A stretch of 63,193 nt of DNA, the filler included, from Folioceros fuciformis (lineage: Eukaryota): assembly GCA_049999805.1 (NCBI GenBank). It is 7 parts of 7 records of this genome, joined end to end, with 100 filler letters (N's around TTAATTAATTAA, not from the genome) between each part and the next. Parts side by side here need not be neighbours in the genome. Positions count along the whole stretch, not along the records: positions 11,228 to 33,832 come from JBNGIO010005463.1; positions 33,933 to 38,633 come from JBNGIO010005466.1; 5 more parts are not named here. One strand, given 5' to 3'. The notes beneath the pieces were generated by a model, which did not search any database, had not been told where the DNA came from, and was given only the letters and a program-made list of their open reading frames with translations. A program made the translations under genes and the position numbers. Of the stretch, positions 24,301 to 35,786 are shown one piece after another. Every line of letters begins with the position of its first letter. The stretch's first letter is position 1.

Positions 24301-27300
24301 AAACGGCCAAAAGATTTGACGGTCACTCCACGTTTTAGCATTTCAAACAAGCCCATCAATACTCAAAATGCTCAAACATCATCTAACCTAATCTCATGAA
24401 GAGTTGAGAAGACTCGGTGGATTGTCAGGGTTGGCAGGAGCTTTAAGGTTGACTGTGTTTGCCGACAAGACTGAGCGACATCACCTGAAGATCAATTCAA
24501 TGTCAGGGGTTGCACATCAGCTTCCAGACACTGTGGGGGGTAGAACTCAAGGCAACAAAGGTGTCGACATCAATACCAAGGTCACCCAGTGAGTTGTACA
24601 GCTGCTTAAGCTTCGCTACAGGCATGCTGGTCGCCTCTGAAATAGCTTTAAGTATTAGGTTCGCCCCGATACACAATTCCTGAAAACCAAAAGCCTCATA
24701 TCTTTAAGACACTGCACAAGGGTCACCAAATGCAGTACTTTCTGCATCGCTTTAAGATCAGGTCTTTTACCAACAATGACATGCCAATATTTTCATCCAG
24801 GCAACGAAGATAGTAGCAAGCCTGATACAAAGATAAAACACACTTGACTCTGAAAAGCTTACTTTGTTCTCAAAGTCAGGACTTATACGATTTATGGTCA
24901 GATAAGTTGCAGGGAGGACATCACTGGGAGACAAGTCCACCAAGCTGCACAAAACACCAAAAGGCCATTAGACGTTGCATGCTATCAGTCCCATGGCTTG
25001 ACAATCGCCCCATGAAGTGAAAAGAGATGAACATAAGACGTCCCAACACTGTTGCTTTGAGACAAACCTTCGGAACATGTTGCATAGCATGTCTGTTGAT
25101 TTCAGTCGTCCACTTTCCTTCTCAATCAGGTCAAAAGATCGTGCCAAGTGCAGATATGGTGCTGGAGTGCCCATTTCCCAACAAGCTGCCATTACAGTGC
25201 AATGAATGAGAACAATCTCCTCTCAACACATGACACTTTTGAAAGTATTGGGGTTCCTTGCAATGACTTCCGACATACGAATAACATGGACAACGATATT
25301 CTCACTCTACTGTGCCACTATTTCCAGGCCTTCACAGGTGCAACTGGTACATACTACCATGAACTCCAGGAATGTACTTTGAGATGGGGGCCGCGATTGA
25401 TGCATCAAGGCAAGAAAATTGCATCTGTTCAAGGTTTGATCCTTTCACAGTGTGTTTCGCTGGCTTGAGCTCCTCTCTCCATGAGTTCCCTGCACTTATT
25501 AGCTCCTGTGAACTTGCATCCAGCTCCTGGCAAGTCCTCTCACATACCAACCCAGTACTCTCCAACAAATAGGGTGCTTGTTGACCAGAACGGTTATACA
25601 CCATCTCAACTGCCCCGGCTACATCACCACCCACTTTGCTGACAATCTCTTCCGCATCCCTTTCAGAGATATTTCCTTCTAGCATCGATACAAGGTGTTC
25701 AATCTCAGTTTGCCAGATACTTCTACCACCAACCAGATTGATCTCTTTGCTCAGTTTCCTGTCCTGCTGCCCGCCTTCAGATTTCAGTACCTTGCTATTC
25801 ACACACGGCCTACACTGTCCTTCAGTTGTTGGGGAAGTGAAAGCATCCACATGGTGGTCAGTTGGTCCTGAGGCTCCCCTAAAGAAGTCCAGGATTGAAC
25901 GCTGAGCACCGGCTTTCTTGCTATGTGAAGGCATGGTTGAGCATGCTGACTTCAGCTTTCCTGGAAGCTCTATGCCTGTTGGGCTTCTGGATGTCTTGGC
26001 AGATACATCAGCCTGCACCTTTGCTGTCAAAGGGTGTGGTGACCGCAGATGACTGAGATTGTTCCTGGAAGCAGTTTGAGATGGCTGGACAGGTGCTTTT
26101 GGAAAAACAGTGTGAGACAAGGCAAGACCATCCATATTCTTGGTCACCTGCTGTCGATTCGGACGGCGATCCTTTCGTTTTTGCAACTTGTTGGAACCCT
26201 TGTTACTTGTCTGATGCATCTGTGGCCAAATGATGATCTCCTTAGAGATCTCCTTGGCAAACGTGGTTTCTTGCTCAAAAAATCGAATCACCGCTCCATT
26301 CACATCCATATTGGCCTGCACCAGCAACCTCTGCACCTGAGCCCTACTGACACACTCTGGAAGTATGGAAATAAGCTGCGCTTCCTTCACTTCCCTAGTT
26401 ATATCAGCACCCAGACCATCATGTAGGGTGTTTGTCCCACCACTTGTCTCTCCAGTCCCCCACTCTGGACAGGCACCAACAGTATGCAAACTGGGCAGAT
26501 CTGGATCTGACGATCTGCAACTTCCTCCATCTAAGTGACCGTGTGTCCTGACCTCCATCGAATTTTCAGAGGCATTGACACTCTGAGAATTGGGGATAGA
26601 ACGACAGACACCATGGTTCTGTTCGGTCCCTCCCTGCCATGCACAACTCTCTCTCTCTTTGAATTTAGTCTCCTTCCTTTTTTTCCTCGAACTGAATCCA
26701 AGGGCAGCCAACGGAGCTGCAAATGCTGGTGCCAGTTCTTCGTTAGGCCTACTCTCAACTGCATGTGTACTTTCTGACTCTGGATATGCAACTGCGTTGA
26801 AACAAGGAGCGCCCCCTACCATCTCACGCTGTCCACCAGTCTCAGAGAGTGACTTTTCTTGCCCTGAACTATTTGTACTGCCGAAAGCCTTGAGAAAGCA
26901 ACGTTTACTAGCTATCTCATCCACAAGATTCCGAAAGTGCTTGAGCATAGATGCCGTTGCTTTCCCAGTTCTATCGTTGTCTCCTATCCCCACATTAGGA
27001 ATGACGCTCTTCGGCCTCAAAAACCGAATGTACTCACGAAGCTCCTCATAATTTGAATGCTCGCTGTAGGGAACCAAATGTACCTCTAAAGGGCCTTTCC
27101 TCCTCACATCAAAGGAGGTCTTTTTGGATTTATTGTTCCAACCTGTGGGGATAAATCCAATAATCCGATTCACCCCGCTTTCATGCATATATTTTTCCAT
27201 GTTGCCGAAGTTAGGTCTAAAATACGGCCATGTATCACCTAACAGATTCCATCTAACTACATGAACACTAGTGACAGACGGATCGCAAGTGAACAAATCC

Positions 27301-28388
27301 ATCTCCTCTAAGTCCACGCATTTCAGAAGTGCCAGCTTCTTCTCATCGACAAACACCTTGCACTTGCATCTGTTGGCTACCGCTGTCAGAATCTTCTCTT
27401 TGCCGATAATATAAGTGGCGATGAGGATTAAAAACGACTGCTTGTGGAGAAGGGGCCCAGACAAATCGTCCTGCAGAGCGGCAGTGGCACTTGGCTGGCA
27501 TTTACGACCGTCAGCAGCAGCGGTGATGCTAGTGGGAAGCGACAATTCCGACCCATCAACAGCGGAACGCTGAAGATAATCATTCGTTCCTTTCACTGCC
27601 TGGAGTTTCTCCCGTGTACTTTCAGCGCCTTGCAGGTCCACGGCCCCTGGCTGCGACTCAAGTAGTGGTGGTGCCGACACCCCATGCATCAAAGTATGTA
27701 CCACATTCACAATGTACTCCACAGAGGACTGCTGGGAGGGGAAGGCGAATTTTGGGTTGCAATACGTAGTATCCAGAAATACAGCATCTGCTCCGATATA
27801 CTCGGAGAAGGCGGGCTCCGTTTTCATCCAGGGAGAAACCCTCATGTCTCCCGTGTGGACATACCTGAGCATCCACACGCCCACGGGTGTGAGATGGAAG
27901 CGTAGAGAACAAACTCAAGGGACCGAGACAAAGAATTACCTATGGCACTCAGAGTTAAGTCCAGGAACCGTGAAGAGCATCTGAACTGCCCCAGGGCAGT
28001 GATTGGCGTCAAGCAGTATGACTTCGCAGCCATCGATGATGAGGCGCGTGTTCAGGGCGAGAGGGATGACAAAGGCGGAGTCCACTTCGAAAAATTCGGT
28101 GAGAAGGCGCGCTGTGACCTGCGAGCAGAAAATGAGGCCCTTGTTCCAAGTGCGACTGATACCTCTGTAGTGGTCACTATGGAAGTGAGAGAGGAAGTAG
28201 GACACAGACCACGGTCCTGCCCATGTAAAGGAGTCGACGATGAAGCGCGTTCCGGGGATACGCTTCACCGTTGGAAAACCGGGGGGGAAGCAGGATAAGG
28301 AGGGCACGGACTCGCCACAGCCACTGTTGCACGCTACAAGATGCAACGCGCGTTGATACACCTCCAACGACTGCACCGCCGCCGTCAT
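21347..28388 (-). CDS. LIG6: DNA ligase VI (SNM1/Artemis-like MBL-beta-CASP domain fused to ATP-dependent DNA ligase), 21 exons, apparently intact
   Basis: Exon 1 (28388-27940) has SHFHSDH and ANHCPG. Exon 2 (27864-25358) has HTGD and VPYSEHS. Ligase motifs: EYK/YDGQRAQIH (split by an intron), FIFDVMY, CEGFMAK, WLK/VKRDY, RFPRFISVRTDK. The exons splice in frame to the TGA at 21347. Confidence 0.95.
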
Positions 28389-28534
28389 GGCTGGGTATAA
28401 GTTTGAAGGTTCGATCCGTATGAGGTACCAGGTCCCCAAATGACTATTGTCGTAGTGGACAGTCGATTGAGTTTGAATCTGGAGTCGTTTGCCGTCGAAA
28501 CAAATCATTTAACCAAGGTGAAATGCAGGGCAAT

Positions 28535-31500
28535 AATAACAACGTTGGTTTGAGTGCCAAGCAAGTAAGCTCCATGCGGAGGCATGTTTAGTAGAGCAGG
28601 TTACTAAGAGCATGAGAAGCATGCAGCCCTAGGAAAAGTGTATGATAGTGAAAGCTTAAGGCTTAAGTAAATGCTTAAGTAAGTAGTTTCTAAGTTAGTG
28701 ACTTGAGCTGGTGTATAAAAGGGGACCTAGCCGAGGGCTAAGGGAAGTTCAGTACAGTGGAGTTGAGATCAATATCTCCTCAAAGCCTTGAGAGCACTGG
28801 GTGCTTGGGCTATGCCTTAAGAGCATGTGTTACTTGTTGAGCGAAAGGTGCTGTGAAGGAGCTGTGAGAGGAGGCCAAGAGAAGGGAGATCTAAACTCCT
28901 AGCTTAGGCAAAGATGGGGAGTTCTTTCTAGCCCTCCAGCTTTGTATGTTCTTGTTGACTCGTGATTTGAATAAAGAGCAGCAGCAAGGGTGCTGGCTGC
29001 GAGTCCTCCTAGAAGAGGAGGGCGGGATACTTGGAGGCCTAGTGCTGTGTCCGGTGTTTAAAACTGACCCTTGCTTTGGCTTCTAACTGCGTGGTTCTGC
29101 CCCACCCCATTGAAGGGGGTGTTACTTGTTGGTATCAGAGCATAGGTTGAAGCATCCTTGACTAGTACGCTTGTTAACGATGGCAGATCCTGTTGAGCCA
29201 GGGAGAGCAGGGAGGGTGCGCCGCAGGAAGGATAAGGCCCCGCTTACCGAAGCCGTTGTGGAAGAGCCACAGGCAGATCCTCAAGTCGTGAGAACAACGG
29301 AAGAAGGAACTTCGAAGCAAAGGACCGGTACCACCATAGAGGACTAGCTCCAAAAAATCATGAGGAGACTTGATGCTCTAGATCAAGAGATCAAAGGCAA
29401 ATGTAGGCTCGTTGATGAAGAGCCAAAAGAAGTGGAGCCCGAGCCTAAGATCAGTGCTCCTAAGAATGCCAAGAAGTTGAGATTGAGTGTTCCTGTGCCT
29501 AAGAGATATAAGGGCGAGCGTGACGTAGAGAAAATTAGTTCTTGGTTTTTCTCAATGGAAGCGTACTTGGAATCATGCGGAGTGCAGCAAGACGAGTACT
29601 TGAAGCACGTCACGAACTTCTTGGACGAGTATGCTCTTACTTGGTGGAGGACTTACGTAGAGAACGTAAGGCAAGGCAATCGCAGAGCAACGATCTTCAC
29701 ATGGGCAGACTTCAAGGAAGCGCTGCAACTCCGTTTCCAACCAACTAATGCTTCGAGTTTGGCGCGAAGGATGCTCGACAATGTCAAGCATACTGGAACT
29801 TTGCGGGAGTATGAGTGAATTCAGCTCTATTGTCTTGCAATGTCCTGAGATGCATGAACAAGACAAACTCCACAAGTTTACTACTGGCCTTAAGAGATGG
29901 GCTCAAAACAGGATTGCATTGACTAATCCTCAAACGTTGCAAGAGGCTATGGCAGCAGCAGATGCCATACCGGACATGTTTGTCCAGGAGGCTCCAATCT
30001 CCAGGGGGAGATATCCTAGTTCTCAGGGTAGATCTAGAGGCAGAGGACAAGCCACCACCACTGGGAACAGTGCAACTGCTGAGACTACTGCCAGAAGCCG
30101 GGATAGAGGTGATACCAGGAGTCGTGGAGGACGACGTGTAGCACCTACCTCTGGTGTATGTTATAGTTGTGGAGAGCAGGGACATTTTGCTAGAAATTGT
30201 CCACATGCAGGAGCTCCCAACTTGAATCTAGTTGCCACAAATCCACCTGTTCCTAGAGCCAGGATCTAAGAGCTCCCTGAAGAGTCTAGGTGACGCCAGG
30301 AGCCACATGTTGTGAGGACATGTGGTGAGTCATCAAGTGTCAAGGATGACACTATTTGAAGGGAGGGTGGAGACTTGATGTATATATGTGGCAAGATCAA
30401 TGGCTTGGATGTTGAGCTATTGTTAGATTCTGCAGTCACCCATAATTTTGTGACTCCACGTAAGGCAAGAGAGCTTGGCCTTGATTGGATTGAAACTTCC
30501 ACGCCATATAGAATCAAGCAAGCTAAAGGAACTCTGCAATTTCTGGGTGAATTGCATGGAGTAAAGCTGCAAGTTAATGCGTGGCAAGGAAGTGTGAGTT
30601 TTAAAGTCGTGCAGATGGATGACCATGATATCATCCTAGGTCTGGAGTGGTTGAGATCTAATGAAGTGCAAATGGATGTTAAGTCACGCACTATTGAGAT
30701 ATCCAGAAAGCACAAAGTGAGTTGTGCTAGCAGTAGCCAGAGGCTTGAGAGCGTATCAGTACAGCTGATTACAAAAAGAGAGCTCAAGAAAGACCTCAGG
30801 AAAAAGGAGTTATACTTGGTTGTACTCCAAGGACTAGAGGATGGTCTGGAAGAAGATTCCACAGAGGAGAAGGACATCCCAAAAGAAGTACAAGCTGTAC
30901 TAGATGAGTTTAAGGACTTGATGCCAGATGAGTTGCCACCATTGCCGTCTCGCAAAGTTGTGGATCATGAAATTGAGTTAAGGCCAGGGAGTACACCTCC
31001 TTCGAGAGCACCATATAGATTGTCACAAGATGAGTTGCAAGAACTCAAACGACAACTATCCAACCTATTGGCAAAGGGATATGTCAGAGTTTCTAAGTCT
31101 CCCTTTGGTGCGCCTGTGTTATTCACGCGCAAAAAGAATGCAAGACTTAGATTGTGTCTGGATTACAGAGCTTTAAACTAGATCACAATCAAGAATGCAT
31201 ATCCTTTGCCAAGAATGGACGACATGTTTGACAGGTTGAAGGGTGCCAAGTATTTCACCAAGCTAGACCTAATGGCAGGGTACTATCAGATCAGGATTGC
31301 TGAGGGGCATGAGTACAAAACAGCATGTAGAACAAGGTATGGATCTTTTGAGTTCCTTGTCATGCCATTTGGACTTACTAACGCACCTGCCACATTTCAG
31401 ACTCTTATGAATACTATATTCATAGATCTGGTGGACAAGTGTGTTGTAATCTATCTGGATGACATTTTGATCTATAGTCATACCTTGGAGGAACATGTTG

Positions 31501-33832
31501 AACACTTGAGGAAAGTGTTATAGAGACAAAGAGAGAATTCTTTGTTCTTGGCAATCAAGAAGTGTGACTTTGTCAAGACAGAAATTTCATTCTTAGGTTT
31601 CATTGTCTCTACGGAGGGCATCAGGATGGATCCTGATAAAGTTAAGGCCATGCAAGATTGGCAGCCCCCTCGAAATACTCATGAGGTGCGAAGTTTTATG
31701 GGGTTGGCTTCTGTGTACAGGAAATTTGTACATATGTTTGCTAAGATAGCAGCCCCCATAACTAACCTCTTGAAGACAGCAAAAGCTTGGAAATGGGATG
31801 ATGAGTGTCAAGCAGCCTTTGAATGCTTGAAGAAGAAGTTGAGCACGACTCCGGTGTTGGGAATGTATGACCCCAAGAGAGATGTGGAAGTGTTTTGTGA
31901 TGCCTCAGATGTGGCTATAGGTGGAGTTTTGATGCATGACCAAAAGCCGTTAGCTTTTGAGTCAAGGAAGTTGCATCCTTATGAGAGGAAGTATCCCATC
32001 TATGAGAAGGAAATGACTGCTGTCATCCACTGTCTGAAGGCTTGGAGACACTATCTCTTGGGTAGGTCTTTTGTGCTGTATACTGATAATATCAACACGA
32101 CGTACTTCTCAAACCAGTTGAAGTTGAATGCGAGGCAAGCTAGATGGCAAGATTTCCTAGCTATGTATGACGTGACTCTTAGATATAAACCTAGAAAAGA
32201 GAATAAGGTTGCAGATGCGCTGAGCCGCAAGCAGAGTCAAGACGTAAAAGCAATGGCAACTGTGATTGAACCTTTGGATGCTCACAAAGAGATAGCAGAA
32301 GCTTATCTGCAAGATCCTGAAGTGCAGGACTGGATGAATGGGGTGGCAGAGAAAGGAAGCAAGTTCAAACTCAGAGATGGTTTGTTGATATACAAACAGA
32401 AGAGAGTTGTGATCCCTAACTCTATAGGCTTGCAGGGGAAATTGCTTGCTGAGTGTCATGATGTGCCAAGTGCTGGTCACCGTGGAGGTGATTCAACTTA
32501 TGAGAAGTTGAGGAGACTATTCTATTGGCAAGGAATGTATCAAGATACATTGGATTATGTCAAGGCATGTGCTGTTTGTCAGCAGGACAAGGTTGAGCAA
32601 GCTAAGCCGAGAGGTTTATTACAGCCCCTACCTATCCCAAGAGGCCCATGGAAAAGTATTTCTATGGACTTCATCATGCCCTTGCCTCCCAGTAATGGAT
32701 TTACAGCTATCATGACAGTGGTGGATAGATTCACCAGACAAGCACACTTCATCCCCACTAAGAAGCGAGTGATCGCTTCTGAGGCAGCAAACTTGTTCAA
32801 AAAGTATGTGTACAAGTATCATGGCTTGCCCGTGCAGATTGTGAGCGATAGAGATCCAAGATTCACAGGAGAGTTCTAGCAGCACTTGATGAAGAGCTTG
32901 AATGTGCAGCTATGCATGAGTACTGCATACCATCCAAATACTGATGGATTAACTGAGCGAGTCAACCGAATCCAAGAAGAATATTTGAGGCACTATGTGC
33001 AAATTGATCAAAGATTGGGCTGATCATCTTGATGATGCGGAGTTTTGTTACAATAACACAGTACATAGCTCCCTGGGATGTAGTCCCTTTGAGATGAGTG
33101 GAAATTCAGCTTTGGATGTGGTATTCATGCTAAATGCTGAAGTTTTTGACACTACTACTGGAGATCCACGCCAATTTGTTAAGCAATTGAAGGCTAGGCA
33201 TGAGGTTGCCCAAAAGATATTAGCCAAGGCTGAAGCACGTCAAAAGAGATATTCTGATAAGCACAGGAGAGAAACTGTCTTCAATGTTGGGGATAAAGTT
33301 TGGGTGAAATTGAAGCATTTCACACTACCCCAAGGATTGTCTTGAAAGTTGAGACCAAAGCTTGGAGGTCCATATGTTGTCTTGAAGCACATTGGAAAAG
33401 TGGCTTACAAGTTATACTTGCCTGACTGGATTTTTGCACACAATGTGTTTCATGTATCTATGTTGAAACCATTTGTGCTAGGCAAAGAGAAAGAGGATAC
33501 GGACAGGAAGAAGTACAGTATCCTGGTGCAGCATGATCAGGGACTGCGAGAGATTGAGGAATTCCTTGCAGAAGGTAGCGTGGCTACGAGACGTGGAACT
33601 CTACCACAGTATATAGTAAAGTTGCGTGGGATCTCAACACCAGTTTGGGGAACATTAGAGGATATCTAGAGAGGCTCCTGGATAATTGCTTGTTACACTG
33701 GTTATCACTGAGGACAGTGATTCTTTCCTCGTGGGGGAGGAAGTAACAGCGTTGGTTTGAGTGCCAAGCAAGTAAGCTCCATGCAGAGGCATGTTTAGTA
33801 GAGCAGGTTACTAAGAGCATGAGAAGCATGCA
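28535..33832 (+). mobile_element. Near full-length Ty3/Gypsy chromovirus, decayed
   Basis: 5' LTR 28535-29126, PBS TGGTATCAGAGC at 29130, PPT GTGGGGGAGGA, 3' LTR from 33742 cut by the linker. The two LTRs differ at 3 of 91 comparable bases, all transitions. Confidence 0.95.
29180..33669 (+). pseudogene. Gypsy gag-pol (gag, PR, RT, RNase H, integrase, degenerate chromodomain)
   Basis: CYSCGEQGHFARNC, LLDSAVTHNF, YLDDIL, FCDAS, HHCC zinc motif, SMDFI/SDRD, GPY, QYIVKLRG. In-frame stops plus frameshifts near 29812 and 33000. Confidence 0.95.
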
Positions 33833-33932
33833 NNNNNNNNNNNNNNNNNNNNNNNNNNNNNNNNNNNNNNNNNNNNTTAATTAATTAANNNNNNNNNNNN
33901 NNNNNNNNNNNNNNNNNNNNNNNNNNNNNNNN

Positions 33933-34668
33933 GTGTTGCCGGCTGTACAGTGTCTGGTAGGATCGCAGGCAGCGTGTTCCCGGCTGTACAGTGTCTGGTA
34001 GGATCGCAGGCAGCGTGTTGCCGGTTGTATAGTGTCTGGTAGGATCACAAGGTGTAATGACCAGGGTGTAGGGGCTTGCCCCTAGCTCTTGATTGTAAAG
34101 CGTGTGTCTTTCTCTCAACCTGTCCACTCTTGTTCCTTGCTTGGTCAAGTGCTGTAGGCCGGCCATGTCTCATGGCGTCTGGTAAGGTTGTGGGGAGGAG
34201 ATACCCAAGAGGGGAGTGTGTTCCCTTCTTCCTTTTGTTTGGGGTTAGTCTAGTGACTCTTGCCGGGTAGGAGGAGTCCGTAGGGAAGTGTAGAAGGTAG
34301 TGGTGTCGTTGCTGGTTGCTGGTAGTTGTTGGTGTTGGTGCTGGAGCGAGAGAGTGAGTGAAGTGTGTGAGGGAAGTCGCAGATCTAAGAGGTTAGAGTC
34401 GTTGTAGTGACTGGAGTGAGTTTGTGGGCACCGAGAGAGGTGCAGCTGACCGCCAGACAGCGAGGCCTGTCCTACGCCTGATCGGAGCTGGAGGGGAGCC
34501 CTCGAATCCATCATTGAGTCGATCAAGTCCGACCCTCCATCCACAGCAGCAAGGAACCCCATCGCTCCTTCGTGGGAACGAAACCCAATGTCTCAACGAC
34601 AGTGGGATAAGTGTGGCCACTAAAGGTGGAACCCGTTGGCAATCAGTGCCCGGGGTTTTGCCTCCACA
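33933..34668 (-). mobile_element. Repeat family A copy 2, with a 41-bp tandem (about 3 copies, 33933-34050)
   Basis: Matches 1-395; tandem unit GTGTTGCCGGCTGTACAGTGTCTGGTAGGATCGCAGGCAGC. Confidence 0.8.
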
Positions 34669-34803
34669 TTTTGAGAGGAGACAAATGTATGGTAGCTAAC
34701 CAGGAGGCTAGCCAATAACTAAACAGCAGCTTCAAATTCGGTGATGGTTGTCCCAAGAGCAGCAAGTTGGGCTGTGCATAAAGTGAAGGGAGCAAGCACT
34801 TGC

Positions 34804-34997
34804 TGTTGAACAACGAATTTTGCAAATTAATTGTGTAACGAATACAAAAATATGTTATAGTCACATCGTGATAATGCCACTATGCCTACACAGCACTTCG
34901 CTAATTAACCCTTCGGTAAATAACCCTAACCCTAGGTAAAGCGAGTAAGCAAGTAACTTAAGCCCTGACCGGGGTTTATATCTCACACTCCCTCTCG
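34804..34997 (-). mobile_element. PPT and 3' LTR (34987-34804) of Copia element D
   Basis: On minus: GAGAGGGAG then TGTGAG...TTCAACA. Confidence 0.6.
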
Positions 34998-35202
34998 AGC
35001 GCAACGAGCTAAGTCCCCTATTGTCCTGCTGTCGCCCACGAGACCCTCTCATGCCTGCTCCCCTTATGCGTGCTCTTACGCCAATAACCATACTCGAGTA
35101 CTCCCAGAGTACAGGGATGGCGCTACTTCTACTCACCTCCGCTATCGCCTTCCTTCAGGTTTTGCTGTTCATGCTGATCAGAATAGCTTCCTGTTTCTTC
35201 AG

Positions 35203-35467
35203 CATGAGACTCCGGAGTGGCAGGCGATATGATGAGGGTGACAAGAAACTTGCTACCAAGAGGACATCTCCCAGAGCAAGGTCTAGGGGGAGCATCAGAA
35301 TTCGCAACTGGAGGATGGTCATCAGCTTGACTGTTGAGTGGAAGAGCGACCTCCCTACAGCTGAGAACATAGACCCAGAGGTCCTGTGTGAGCTGGAGTA
35401 CAGGATTGACCACATCACTTTGCTGAAAGACACCGCCAGGCTTGCCAAGTCACTAAGGGAAGGTTGA
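35203..35467 (+). CDS. Possible antisense ORF in the 3' region of Copia D
   Basis: MRLRSGRRYDEGDKK...LCELEYRIDHITLLKDTARLAKSLREG lies between pol end and PPT, opposite to pol. Confidence 0.35.
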
Positions 35468-35786
35468 GTGTTTGCTGCAGGCTAGGCAATGGAACTGGCA
35501 TCCAGGTGATTAGGTGCTCGAGGAGCTTCATCTACCTGTTGCGGTTCCAACCAATCAGTCATTTCTTACGTTTCCTAGCAACTGCCACTTGATGCCTGGA
35601 CAGAATCACGGATGCCTGGGGAACACGGACAGGTGCTTGACTGCTGAAGGGATGAACTCACAAGCTGTGAGGCAAACCGTCAGCAGAAGGAGGGCACCTG
35701 TCTCCCCAACCACCAAATAAGTCTAGCATCAAGCTTTACTGTTCTGTATACACTGAGAAGTCATGTATGCCCAACCCTTCCATATG

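Noticed and set aside
27936-28508. LIG6 start at 28508
   Set aside because: The extension has no recognisable similarity and begins 27 bp from the LTR; the ATG at 28388 (GCCATGA) is preferred but not proven.
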